The notes beneath the pieces are model-generated. The model saw only the letters and a program-made list of their open reading frames with translations. It did no database searches and had not been told where the DNA came from. Below, in pieces: positions 1 to 11,679 of a stretch of 64,000 nt of DNA. A program made the position numbers and the translations under genes. The DNA comes from Lama guanicoe. Taxonomy: Eukaryota. Positions within the stretch are counted from its first letter, which is position 1, and each line of letters starts with the position of its first letter. The DNA is taken from the NCBI GenBank assembly GCA_013239625.1, contig MU053652.1, positions 1,054,001-1,118,000 of the forward strand. The letters run 5' to 3'.

Positions 1-149
1 ACTATGTGTAGCCAAATACTTTCTGGACATCCCCACCCAGTTTTCCAAACAACGCCTCCAACTGAACCCACTTTTCCTACTCCTTTCTATTCTCATGGCT
101 TCTTCCTCATGTTTCTTGTTTCAATAAATGGTTCAAAAATCCCTTGACT

Positions 150-1110
150 GAAAAGACAACCTACAGAATGGGAAAAATTACATGCAATTCCTACATATCT
201 GGTAAGTTTAATTTCCAGAAAATATTTTAAAAATCTTTTCAACTCAGCAACATAAAGACAAATACTCCAATGTTTTTAATGAGCAAAGGATCTGAATAGA
301 CATTTCTCCAAAGCGGATGTACAAATGGCCAACATGCCCATGCAAAGATGCTCAACATCATTAATCATTAAGGAAATGCAAATCAAAGCCACAATGAGAT
401 ACCACTTCCCACTCACTAGGATGGCTATACTTTCTTTAAAAAAGGAAAATAACAAATGTTGCCAAGCATGTGGAGAAATGGAACCCTAGTACATTACCTG
501 TGAGAATATAAAATGGTGCAGCTGCTTGGAAAACAGTGTGGTGGTTCCTCCAAAATTTAAACATAGAATTACTCATGACCCAGCAATTCTATTCATAGGT
601 ACACATGCAAAAGAACTGAAAACAGATGCCCAAATAAAAACTTGTGCACAAATGTTCACAGCAGTACTATTCACAATATCCAAAAGGTGAAAACAACCTT
701 AATGTTCATCAATGGACAGATGGCTAAACCAAATGTGGTATATCCATAACAAAAATGAAGTACTAATAGATTCTACAAGCTGGAAGAATCTCAAAAGCAT
801 TATGCTAAGTGAAGAAGCTAGATGAAAGGTCACCTATGTATGTATGATTTCTTTTATATGAAATATCCACAAGAGGTAAATCTGAAGAGAGAGAAGTAGA
901 TTAGTGATTATCACGAGCAAAGGGGAAGTGAGTACGGGGAGTGATTGCTTTCTGAGTACAGGGTTTCCTTTTGAGGTGATGAAAATATTTTTCATCACCT
1001 CAAAATATTCTGAACCAGATAGTGTTGCATACCAAGTGAATGTATTAACTGGCACCAAATTATATATGTTAAAATGGTTAATTTCATATTATAAACTTTA
1101 CCAAAAAATA
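150..1110 (+). mobile_element. LINE-1 3' fragment (old L1M type; ORF2 end and 3' UTR)
   Basis: Typical L1 motifs agacaacctacagaatggga, atgcaaatcaaagccacaatgagatacca and gacccagcaattc. Confidence 0.9.
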
Positions 1111-1184
1111 TATATATACATATTTTATATATTACATAGAGAGGGAGAGAAAGGAGAGAGATATCAATATAGGATTCTTTAAGT

Positions 1185-2250
1185 CATCTTTCAGCTGGTC
1201 ACCAAATTCTATAAATTTGACCTGCACAATGTTTCTTAAATTCATCCCCCTTTCAGCATTCCCTCACCCACTGCTTGATCAGGCCTTTCTCATCTCTCCT
1301 CTCAGCTCTTCCCATAGCTTCACACTTGTTCTCCCTTTCTCTTAACACCACCCTCATTCCAGTCTACCCACCACACTAGTCAAAATCTGCCAGTTCAGAT
1401 GTGCAGCTCACAGCATCTGTGGCCTTTGCTGCGGGAAGCCGTTTTGTGAGGTTTGCTTATCAACTAATGACTTAGTGATCAAACTTTGCACTATGGATTA
1501 AAAAATATTTTTATTATGCATGATATCAAATTTACCACTGTATGAGGGGAAATGAAGACTTTATGTAGTTTTTATGTGTTGTAGTATTTCTGCAAATAAA
1601 TCTCTCCCATAGGGAAACATACAAACAAATGAGGCAGGAATCTGATTTTTTACTCTTACTTTAAAAACCTCCAAGGACTCCCACTGCCCAAGGCATTGTT
1701 TTTCACACTGTTTACTAAATAAAGGGCTAGGCTTCAAACTATCTTTCCAGCTTTCTCATCAGTTACTCCCCATCGTACCCTACTCTCTAGCCATGTCCCA
1801 AATATGTCAAGGAGTCATTGATTTCCCTTTTTCCTACCTTCTTTTTTGCTCAGCCTAAAACATCTCTGAGCCTAGATTCCACTCCTGTTAAAATATGGCT
1901 TCCAGTCTTCAGGCTTGTTGAGACAGTCCAACATAAAAAGATATGCTGCATATGGTGATTTTTAAGAAAAAATGGTTTTCAATTCACCTGATTAAAATTC
2001 TGCTTACCTTTTAAGGTCAAATTTCAGCGGCTCACCTCAGCACTCATGCTCCACACATGTGCTTAGCACAGCTTCCTTAATTCTTGGTTAGTAGCAGTTA
2101 TAAGAAGAGGATATGATTGTGGCAGAGGATTTGTTTGTTCCCTTTAGTCTTGTTCATTTGTAAATGAGAGTGCAAAACACTGTCGAGTTCATTTTCATAA
2201 GCTCAGTGCCTTCCACAGAGCAGGGGCTCAGTATTTGTTAAATTAAAGCA
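1185..2250 (+). mobile_element. LINE-2 fragments (interrupted)
   Basis: Pyrimidine-rich L2 core; L2 3' terminus-like cagtgcctt..gctcagtatttgttaaat near 2205-2245. Confidence 0.65.
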
Positions 2251-2511
2251 TCCTCTATACTATAATACATAATGAAGCTAAGACTGAATCATCCAAAAAC
2301 ACTTGATTTTAAGGAATATTACACCAGAGAGGCTGGTAAAAGTCATCACAGTCATCAAAGTAATAACAAGTGATTTAAATGCAATATTTCCTTTAGCAAT
2401 TTTAAAAAGATTTCCCCATTTAGTAGAATTAATTCAAACTTAAGTTACCTTTTGGGAACAATAACAAAAATAAAAGTCTTTTGGCAGATTTATAGATTAT
2501 AAGCTCAATTT

Positions 2512-2733
2512 TTAAAACATTTTTTATTGATTTATAATCATTTTACAATGCTGTGTCAAATTCCAGTGTAGAGCACAATTTTTCAGTTATACATGAACAT
2601 ATATATATTCATTGTCACATTTTTTCCTCTGTGAGCTACCGTAAGATCTTGTATATATTTCCCTGTGCTATGCAGTATAATCTTGTTTATCTATTCCACA
2701 TTTTGAAATCCCAGTCTATCCCTTCCCACCCTC
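2512..2733 (-). mobile_element. Young lineage-specific L1 3' end
   Basis: Near-identical to 50455-50670; TSD tataa(g/t)ctcaattt at 2498-2511 and 2734-2747. Confidence 0.9.
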
Positions 2734-3105
2734 TATAATCTCAATTTAATAGAAAAAATCACAAGGAATGGTAAAACAGAATCAGCAACATGATTTCCTA
2801 TCTGAAATTTTTCACACTGTCTGGAGTAAAATCCTCTAATGTGTTGTTTAAATTTTTCACATGTATAAGTAAAACTGTAGGTAATACAAAAACTCATGTG
2901 CTTGTTCTGTAAAAATACGTACAGCTACTTATTGTGGAATGAAACAAATATCCAAAATACCAAACGCCTTTGAATTTGTTTTTAATTACTTATTTGATGC
3001 TTATTTTTGTCCTTAATTGGCTCATCAGTGATGTGGAAAACAAAACAAAACAAACTTGTACCTGTCAGTTATACAGCTGTGTTGCCTATCCCAAGATTTC
3101 AATTA

Positions 3106-3473
3106 CAGGGTTCCTCCACTATCCAAAATTAGAGCATTCCAATGAAACCTTTTGTAAGCCAAATGACCTAAAGGGAAGAAGCAATTACCTTCAAACAGAT
3201 CTTGGTAAGGGATGCACAAAACAAACTGAGACAAAGCACAGATGCACACAGACACAGATCAAGGCTCTGGCGGCTTGGTGCTGAGAATGCGGAGCGTAAC
3301 TCCCAGGGAAGAATCCTGGCAGGGCCACTGAATATTATTTTTGCCTTTTGCCTTTTTCCATAAAAGTGAAAATCCTCTTCAGATTTTTCAGTTAGTGAAA
3401 ACAAGTACCAGTGTAGGTCTTTCATGAAAGTGAACTGGTATAAAGTGAACACTCGAAAAACAAGGGGCACATG
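3106..3473. mobile_element. TcMar-Tigger-like non-autonomous DNA transposon
   Basis: Flanked by TA on both sides; imperfect terminal inverted repeats (cagggttcctcc / aggggcacatg). Confidence 0.65.
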
Positions 3474-3500
3474 TATTAATGTCTTAAAAAATTCAGTTAC

Positions 3501-3847
3501 CCTGAAATCACACTTCCCATTGCAATGGGTTCTGGCTACAACAGCATGAACACAAACAAACAAACAGCATGAACATCTTCAACTCTTCTGAGAGGATTTG
3601 TAACCATCCAGAGATCATTTTATTTGTTATGACAATGCCCTTTGATAGCCAGAGATTGGAAGGCATCAATCACATGGCACCTGGTTCACAGATGGGATCG
3701 ATTATTCTATCTAGGATTGAACATCTATTGAATAAAGGAGATCAAGTTGAATTGGTTCAGCTGATAAGGAAAAAAACAACCTACTTGGTATCATTTGATG
3801 AGCTCTCCCAAACTAACTTGCTCTATTAGTCCTGTTTCATAAAAACT
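3501..3847 (-). pseudogene. Two adjacent exons of the decayed gene (3847-3785 and 3706-3501)
   Basis: SFYETGLIEQVSLGELIK*YQ|gtaggt, then NNRSHL*TRCHVIDAFQSLAIKGHCHNK*NDLWMVTNPLRRVEDVHAVVARTHCNGKCDFR|gtaact after removing a 23-nt insertion; phase 0 junction. Confidence 0.6.
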
Positions 3848-4542
3848 CTTGCAAAAAAAAATAAAAAATAAAAAAAGCCAGTGTGTGTGTGGAGAGTAAC
3901 ACATTAAGATTTAGTTACATTTTATGTATATATTTTTTTCCCAACCAGTATGAGTACATATGCACCAATAGACGTGTAACAGATATTCACAGCAGCCTTA
4001 TTCATAATATCCCAAGAGTGAGCATCACAGAAAAACACCAAACAAGAGTAGAATGTACAAACGGTGCCACAGCCAGGCAATAGAATACTTGAGAACTATG
4101 AAAAAGAAGCCAACTTCAGCTACACACAACATGAATGGATCTCAAAAAAACAATGTGGAATAAGCAAAGACAGACACAAGAGAGTGCATGCTATTCAATT
4201 TCATCTATATAAAGTTCAGAAACAGGCAAAATATACAATTATAATTCAAAATAGTGATTACCTTCCAGGTGAGAAGGACAGAACGGCAACTGAGGGGAGA
4301 GGTCCTGGTAGCGTTCTCTCTCTGGATTAGCGGGTGGTTATGGAGATAGTAACTTTGTTTTATATTCCATTTATATTTTCTTTTTATGTGGTATTTTACT
4401 AACTTTTCTGAAGGGGACAACAATGTACTGTCAAATATACTGTTTCCTTTCCTGAATGTGAATAGATATACTGAATTTATATATATTCTGAATAGATTAT
4501 TTACATTTGCATTATATACCCTTGTAGAATACAGGAGGCTGA

Positions 4543-4680
4543 GGGGGGGCACCGTGTAGCTCAGTGGTAGAGAGTGTGTGCTTAGCATGCATGGGGTCCT
4601 GGGTTCAATCCCCAGTACCTCTGTTACAAATAATAAATAAATAGATAAACTTAATTACCTATCCCCTCAAAACAAAAGAA
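4543..4680 (+). mobile_element. tRNA-derived camelid SINE (Vic-1 type)
   Basis: A box tagctcagtggtaga, B box gggttcaatccc, AT-rich tail. Confidence 0.9.
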
Positions 4681-4759
4681 GGGGGCTGGCTATAGCTCAG
4701 TGGTAGAGCACATGCAAGAGGTCCTGGGTTCAATCTCTAGTACCTCCATTAAAAAAAAA
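4681..4759 (+). mobile_element. Second tRNA-derived SINE in tandem (shortened)
   Basis: tatagctcagtggtagagc...gggttcaatctctagtacctcc followed by an A tail. Confidence 0.9.
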
Positions 4760-5614
4760 TACAAGAAGCTGAGAATACGATAACCTTGGTTGCCTCTTAG
4801 TGAAGGAACTGGATGGCTAAAGGGTAGGGATGTATTCAAAATTTTTTGAACCATATAAATGGATTATCTGTTCAAAAAATAGTAATGTAAATAAATTATT
4901 GCAACAAGCTTTACCTGACACAACATAGATTGTTCTAACAGACACATAATGTCAATATTCTGGCTTTTACTTACTGAGTTTTATTTTCATCACTAATGTC
5001 TTGCGTGCACAGTGCTCATACTGGTGCTCTGTTATGGTGATGACAGCCTGTTGATTATCAGCATCTATTTCAGAAATTCTCCAGCTTTTCACTCTTTTCA
5101 TTTCCCATCCTCCTCCTCATTCAGCATTTTCTACGCATGTTCCATTTCAGATTCCAAAAAGCTCTCCTAATATTTCACTGGCAATTCTTATATGGTTTTT
5201 CAGAGTTTCTATACACAGTTCATTCACTTTTACACATTCTAAATCTTTAAAAATTTTAATTAAATGATTGCTCAAAATCTCATCAAATTCTTTGATTAGG
5301 TAAATAATTGCTCAGAAGCATCACTTTTATGAACACTTGTATGCACTAAGTAAATGTAAAATGGGTAACATTTGTTTAACTTTACAGGTTTGTGAAATTT
5401 CCACACTTAATTTCAAAAATATTAAGTAAATAAATGCTCAGCTATGCACATAATTCTTTAAAAACAGTCATTACCACCTGTTACCTGTTCAGTGCCAACA
5501 TTTGTAAATTAATAAACACGGTTTTCACCTGAGGAGTGAATGCTGGGTTCTTTGGCTTGAGTAATCATGTAGAAAATGTGCTCTTCTTTGAGGAAACATA
5601 AATAGGATTTTAAA

Positions 5615-5783
5615 AAATGTTTTAAATGAAGTATAGTCAGTTTACAATGTTGTGTTAGTTTCTACCATACAGCATCGTGATTCAGTTATACATATATATT
5701 CCTTTTCATATTCTTTTTCATGATAGGTTATTATAATTATTGAATATAGTTCCCTGTGCTCTACAGTAAGACCTCATTGTTTA
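5615..5783 (-). mobile_element. L1 3' end fragment
   Basis: gtatagtcagtttacaatgttgtg...agttccctgtgct. Confidence 0.85.
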
Positions 5784-6499
5784 ATGGGATTGTTATGTAT
5801 GATAGATTAGTATAAGTGTAATGAAGAGCAACATGCAGAGAATTATGGGAATGAGTAACAGGATGATTTAACACCTTAAATAGTAAAAACTGTTTAATCC
5901 TAAACCTACTGAGTGACTTGATAAAATATCAGAAATTCTAAAATAATTTTTTTAACAATAATCTCATTTAACAGATGGGAAAACTGACATAGACACAGAG
6001 TAATCCGGAATATGTCTATTCAAGGTTTTCATTCTTTTAGTCTAGGTGTGATACGCAAAACATTATAAATGACATGACATAGGTGGTGACTGATTAGAAC
6101 AGACATCCCAGCCTTGGTCCCAGAGGGCATCTGTGGTACCAGGAATTAAGTCTTCGGGTGCTGTAGTGATGGCTGTGAGAGAAAGGGAGGACCTGGAGGG
6201 ACGGGGAGGCACTCAGGCAACAGCTATTCACCAACAGTAAATAGCATTTCAGTGTTAACACCAATGCAATTGTGCTGGTGCTTATCAGCAGACATCAGCC
6301 CTGTTCTAATCCTAACATTATCTCTAATCCCTCTATCATCTTTCTAGGTAGAAATAATCCAGATTCCACCAAAAAAAGTGTGATGGGACAGAAACAGTAA
6401 ATGAATGACTTTGATCTTTCACATTCATTCAAATTGACTTTTTGGATGTAAGATCAAAATGCAATGCATGGAAAAAAGAATAAAAAAAATAAAATTTAA

Positions 6500-6855
6500 A
6501 AAATGCAATGCATGAACCTCAACAGGATGCTAGATTTTTAAAAAGCAACACAAACAAGTATAAAAGACATTTTTGAGACAGTTCAAGGATTTTAAATATG
6601 GACCATATATTATTCTTTTTTTCTTATGATGTCATGCTAAGACTGTGGTTATATAGGAAAATGTCCTTATTTTTAGGAAATGTGTGCTGTAACATTTATG
6701 GGTAAAAGAAAAAAAAAACATGATTTCTGCAGCTTATTTTCCAATGGTTTGGAAAAAATAAAAGACAAAGCAAATGTGGCCAAATCTAGATATACAGGTT
6801 CTCGTTCTATTCTCCCAACTTCTCTGGATGTTTGAACATTTGAAAAATAATACAT
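6500..6855 (+). mobile_element. Old L1 (L1MC/ME-like) 3' fragment
   Basis: aaaagacatttttgagaca and gtggttatataggaaaatgtccttattttt motifs. Confidence 0.6.
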
Positions 6856-7042
6856 CGAGAGGAAAAATATGAAAGGTATATATGTGAGAAGCATATTTAT
6901 TTGGTATGTATTATATACACAGCAATGAGCCAGACAGGGAGAAACATTAAGCAAATGCGAAAGTCGTGCCCTCCTAGTGGAAACACACTGGCAAGGTGGG
7001 AAATAACTAGTGTGGTGCATGATTGCAGTTTGATGTTACTAC

Positions 7043-8148
7043 CTGATTTAGAAATGGAGTGTTCAAACAATAGCACTGTCAGTCGACGGCACAGAGAGGA
7101 AGAGAATGTTCAATGCTATTACCCAGAAAGTGCCACAGTGTAGCTCAAAGCAGGATCTTTTTTTTTTTATCCTTCATCTGGGGTCATTTTCTACCTTGGT
7201 GGGAAGGGATGAATTTGGAAGTTTGAGATTTACAAAGGTTAATCACTATATATAAAAATGGATAAAAACACAAATTTCTTCTGTATAGTACAGGGAACTA
7301 GATTCAATATCTTGTAATAACCTTTAATAAAAACAATATGAAAATGAATATAAGTATATACGCATGACTGGGACATTATGCTGTATACCAGATATTGGCA
7401 CATTGTAACTGACTATACTTTAATTTTTTTTTTAATGATTTTAAAAAAAGAAGAAAAAGAAAAGCAGGATCTTTTAACACAGCTGCCAAACAGGACGTAA
7501 TACTTTCCAACAAAGGGTGATGCAACAGCTCTGCAGTCGCCACCATACAGGAAATATGACTCGTACCAAAGCAAAAATAGAGGCCAAGGGACCAAGAGTG
7601 CAGGGTGCTTTGAGCAGGATGAGAGATGCTGCAGCCTCACACACCTGTTCTTAATAACAAATCGAGTAGCAACTAGCAATTTGCAGAATACATGGCAGAC
7701 AAATCTTCCATAGAAAATAGGTTAAAAAAAACCAAACAGATTCAGCCCTTAGCAGTGATGCTTTGACAGGCAAATGGATCTGCATTTGCAGCGAGAACAA
7801 CACAGAACACACAAAAGATGGTACAAATTCGACCTGAACCATCCTCTTTCAATGCACTGGTTAAGGTATTTTACCAGGGTGTTGGAAGATACACTTTAGA
7901 GTATGTTTCATATAAATGCTAAAGCTATTTTCCTTACAGAGAGTACACTCAGTCTTTCTGCCAACAAATCTTAACTGCCATTTCCACAAGATTCCAAGAT
8001 TAAGAAATTTTCCCAAATATTATTACATTTAAATACCTGGACCCAATGGACCTCCTATCACGAAGTCTGTATTCCCCTCACCCGAGCAGGCAAATGAAAG
8101 TAAAGCGGTCCCCTTTGCAGAATCCCATTTCCACAGTCTTACGTCTGT
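7043..8148 (-). pseudogene. Large exon of the decayed gene, interrupted by an L1 insertion
   Basis: Segments GPLYFHLPARVRG, VLAANADPF, LLLDLLLRTG and LLESITSCLAAVLKDPALSY; the frame reads through once 7162-7475 is removed; several frameshifts; donor CAG|gtagta. Confidence 0.5.
7162..7460 (+). mobile_element. 5'-truncated lineage-specific L1 with extra 5' segment
   Basis: Perfect 15-bp TSD aaagcaggatctttt at 7147-7161 and 7461-7475. Confidence 0.9.
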
Positions 8149-8354
8149 CTAGGAGGCTATGTTACATTAACGTGAGGGACACTGGGAGTTTTGTAAGATA
8201 GAAAACAGAGAATGGGACTTGGAGCAACAAAACAAAGAGTAAGAGGAAGGAAAAAAATATCGTTCGGAAACCCAGAAAGATAACGTAGGGTTACGTTGGA
8301 AGGAAGGATTTGCTGATTATAAGGATAAATCATATAGGAATGAGTGACTACGGG

Positions 8355-8360
<6 letters not shown>

Positions 8361-8391
<31 letters not shown>
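8361..8391. repeat. (AC)15 microsatellite
   Basis: Direct reading. Confidence 0.98.
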
Positions 8392-8398
<7 letters not shown>

Positions 8399-8552
8399 CA
8401 AATATCTATAGGCAGCGAAAATTCTATTCTCCCCACAAACTCAGAATCACGCTTCCTGCAGCAGGAAGCACTCCCTGGCTGACCTCCATCGTCATCAACC
8501 CCACCTTCCACATCCTTCCATGACACCAAAATAAGAAAACACCAGCACCAGC

Positions 8553-8722
8553 CTGCAGCGAATTCTAACAGGCCTTTGGCATATCTCATTGTTTTTGCAT
8601 CAGATTTATTGCTGAATTTCACTGGCTTCTCCTGATCTGGTTTATTGCTGATTTTAATCTTGGCTGTGTTTAAGCGTCTGAGCCTACTGCAAAATACCTA
8701 ATGTGCTCTTTGTAGCCAGAGA
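8553..8722 (-). pseudogene. Exon of the decayed gene (170 nt, phase 2-1)
   Basis: Acceptor ttttatttatacag; LWLQRAH*VFCSRLRRLNTAKIKISNKPDQEKPVKFSNKSDAKTMRYAKGLLEFAA; donor degenerate (gctggt). Confidence 0.55.
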
Positions 8723-8862
8723 CTGTATAAATAAAATGCATCAGAATCCCGTTATAACCATGCTACATCATCTACATTACCCAGCACCCATAGTGGCCTA
8801 TATTTTCAATTATTTTCCCCCAAAACTCTAAATGACTACAATGAATTTAGAAACTCCTCCAC

Positions 8863-9107
8863 CTCTCATCAGCGCAAGCAAGTAACTGAATACTCCATGG
8901 AGATAATAAACCATTTTTCCTCTTAAGTGCTCATTCCCGGAGGGCTTGTCTCTGTGCTTAAGTCTGCAGGCAGTAGCTCTGGCTGGGCAGCGTGTGCTGT
9001 GCACTCTGATAATGACGCTTTGTTATTTTGCCTTGGATCTTGGGCAGCTTGTACTGTAACAAACCCTCCCAGTATTCCGCGGTCAAATGTATCAAGGGAG
9101 CGCCATC
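8863..9107 (-). pseudogene. Exon of the decayed gene (245 nt, phase 0-2)
   Basis: Acceptor cttttctacctgaag; DGAPLIHLTAEYWEGLLQYKLPKIQGK...LLSPWSIQLLACADE, 2 stops; joins in frame to 8722. Confidence 0.55.
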
Positions 9108-9139
9108 CTTCAGGTAGAAAAGTGATTCCCAGCCCCTGG

Positions 9140-9340
9140 GGATGAGGATGTTCTTTGTTTCTTGATACAGGGAAGGCATCTTTCTCATAGGAAATTTTAG
9201 GTAGGAAAGGGGGAGGTCAGAGAGCCCTTCCTGCACCTGCTGTTTCTCAAGTGTCTTCAGCTCAAAATAATAGATGGGCCAAAGCAGCGTGTTTGAGGAG
9301 GGGGTGGGGGCGTTGCGGGGAAGGCCTGAATGCCTTCAGT
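9140..9340 (-). mobile_element. ERV1 LTR fragment (MER34/MER39-like)
   Basis: ttcctgcacctgctgtttctcaagt..cagctcaaaataat, similar to 16000-16060. Confidence 0.65.
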
Positions 9341-9976
9341 AGCCTGGGTGGGTGAGGTGGGAGGACCACTGACGGGCCTCAGAACAGACTCATCACCCCC
9401 AACAAGCCACAGGGGTGGCAAACCACCCGTCAGTTCTATGCTTCACATCAGAAAACCCCTCTAGAAATAAAAATAAAAATAATGATCAAGAGAAGGATGG
9501 CTAGCATCTGATCAGCTCTCCCTTCAAAATCCTCTGAGTCCTGACCCCAGGTCCCTCCCCTAGCGCTCAAAGCCCCCTACCCTATGGCCCCAGACTGCTT
9601 TTTTCCACCGGATTCGTAAGTACTTTCCACATTTATCTGAGCTCTGGGCCTTCTGTTCATCCTGCTGCTGCTGCTCAAGCCGACTTCAGCAAGAAGTAAT
9701 TCTTCTCAAAGCATCTTTCCGAAGGGTGGCTATCTACCCCATCTGGGCTTGGGAACCCTTTCCAGCAAGTGCCATTAAAGTCCCCTGAGTTCCTCTGTCT
9801 ATTCCTGGCAAAACCTAAGGATTTTCCTAACAGAAGGATGAATTGCCCACACAAGAGTGGGAAGTTTATGCACAATAACTAGGGGTTGAGCTTGAACATC
9901 AACTCAGCTGTAATTGATCGATGATGTCATCCACTTGCCCTTCCAACCCCCTCACACTCAGCTCAAAGGGAAGTAC

Positions 9977-10165
9977 CTCTTCCCTGGTGGGTGGGATTCT
10001 GAAGGGGTACCAGGGATACTAGAAGCCCCAAGACAAACCTAGAGCTTCTTTTTGACTCTTGTCCTCTGCACCGTGCAGCCGTGGTTGTTAAGGTCCACAA
10101 ATGACTAGCAAATAAACCGTAGACCATCCGGCGGCTCACAGCACATCTTCCACAGCAAATCATAC
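9977..10165 (-). pseudogene. Exon of the decayed gene (phase 2-2)
   Basis: YDLLWKMCCEPPDGLRFIC*SFVDLNNHGC...; donor at 9976 or a degenerate ctgagt at 9961. Confidence 0.5.
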
Positions 10166-10524
10166 CTATTCAGGACTTAAGGATGATTCTTTCACAAGAA
10201 AACGCAAAGGGGCAGGAGGGGCCTTCTGCAGTGCCTGGCGTGTTCTGTTTCTATGTAGGGCTGTTCATTTTGTGAAAATTCATGCAGCCTCATACTTAGG
10301 AGTTGTGTACCTTTCTCTATGTGGATAATACTTCAATTAAAAAACTCATTAAAGTATTAAAGAAATTGAATATGTTAAGGATATGTGCTATTTGAAATTT
10401 AAAGGAATTTTAATTAACTCTGTAAATGGACTGAATATTAATCAGTTTACAAGTTATTGTGCAAAATCTGCTAATTTTATGAAACAGAACAGTAAGATTT
10501 ATAAGCTGAACTTTAAAACTTAAG

Positions 10525-10880
10525 GAAAATATTATTCAGCCATAAAAAAAGAATGATGTACTAGGACATGATACAGTGTGGATGAAACTCCAAGACATTA
10601 TGCTGAGTACAAGAAGCCAGACACACAAAAACACAGATCGTATGATTCTATGTATATAAAAAGTCCAGAACAGCAACAGAGACAATTTGTGGTTTCCAGG
10701 GTCTGGGGAAGGGGAAATAGGAATAAATTGCTTAGTGGGTAAGAGGTTTTACTTTGGAGTGATGGGAATGTTTTGGAACCCGATAGAAGTTGTGGTTGCA
10801 CAACATTGTGAAATGCACTAGATACCACTGAATTATTCACCTTAAAATGGTTAATTTTATGTGAATTTCACCTCAGTAAG
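10525..10880 (+). mobile_element. L1MB-like 3' end
   Basis: tattattcagccataaaaa...aaaatggttaattttatgtgaatttcacctca. Confidence 0.85.
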
Positions 10881-10950
10881 AAACCGAAGGATGATTAGAT
10901 TTAGATTTTAATTCATTAAAATTTGATACATTCAATTGCAATTTAAAAAC

Positions 10951-11145
10951 CTTTCAACTTTTTTTTTCTGGGCACCATAGCAACCCTCTAGGGCACACAA
11001 AGCAATCACATTTTCTTTTGGCTTTGAATGTGGGGGCTATCCATGGGGTCAGGTTCATGGCTGGGTGCAGAGATAGGAGTATTCCTCTACATTCTTTGCA
11101 TGCAATGGTTTGCTGTCCCTGCAAGTCCAATTTCATAGGTACTCC
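10951..11145 (-). pseudogene. Exon of the decayed gene (195 nt, phase 2-2)
   Basis: Acceptor ttctccattttttag, donor AAG|gttttt; EYL*NWTCRDSKPLHAKNVEEYSYLCTQP...ENVIALCALEGCYGAQKKKVE with 4 stops. Confidence 0.5.
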
Positions 11146-11269
11146 CTAAAAAATGGAGAACTGGATACTGCAAATAAAATGTAATCAATGCATCTGAGGG
11201 ATTGTTTAGTCTTTGCTTCTGCCATTTGGTAAACCTGGATTCAATCCATTTGAGATGGGCTATCTTTAC

Positions 11270-11314
11270 CTCCTGAGAGGATGTTCTACAAACCTTTTGT
11301 GATAGTTCTTATGT
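11270..11314 (-). pseudogene. Exon of the decayed gene (45 nt, phase 2-2)
   Basis: Acceptor ccttctctctag, donor GAG|gtaaag; the only open frame (HKNYHKRFVEHPLR) is the one required by the upstream exon. Confidence 0.65.
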
Positions 11315-11413
11315 CTAGAGAGAAGGATTTACAAGATATACCAAAGAGAATCATCTGACATTGGTGATTCAGCCTGCTTCGGAACATTCTATATGGTCAA
11401 TAAGGAGGTGGAC

Positions 11414-11501
11414 CTTAGGTTCATTTTGTAATTTAACTGGAAATATTTGCTAGTTTGACAAAGGAAGCTGTCTTGGTGGTAGTGGAAGGGATTGAGCATC
11501 T
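11414..11501 (-). pseudogene. Exon of the decayed gene (88 nt, phase 1-2)
   Basis: Acceptor ctctctctctccccaaattccag; the only stop-free frame is MLNPFHYHQDSFLCQTSKYFQLNYKMNL; weak donor gtccac. Confidence 0.6.
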
Positions 11502-11679
11502 CTGGAATTTGGGGAGAGAGAGAGCAAATTCCAGGATATATCTATGAAAAACTTTCCCCAGTATCTTCAGAGGGGGAATAGCACTTAAAGTGTGAGCTTT
11601 GAGTAACTACAGACAGAAACTGAAAATTATTTATAACTAATTTGCATGTCCTAATACAAGAAAATGACTGTTCCAACAT

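Larger units (their letters stand above)
3940..4890 (+). mobile_element. Old L1 (L1ME-like) 3' fragments hosting two SINEs
   Basis: Degenerate L1 3' UTR motifs (atattcacagcagccttattcataat, acaacatgaatggatctcaaaa). Confidence 0.7.

Noticed and set aside
4543..4759. tRNA genes
   Set aside because: A and B boxes are present but followed by SINE body, tail and TSD; the same family recurs near 23.7, 32.7 and 39.2 kb.
10954..11136. ORF-track frames at 10954-11136 and 9963-10163 as the true coding frames
   Set aside because: They overlap the predicted pseudo-exons but are not the frames implied by splice phase; left unresolved pending homology search.
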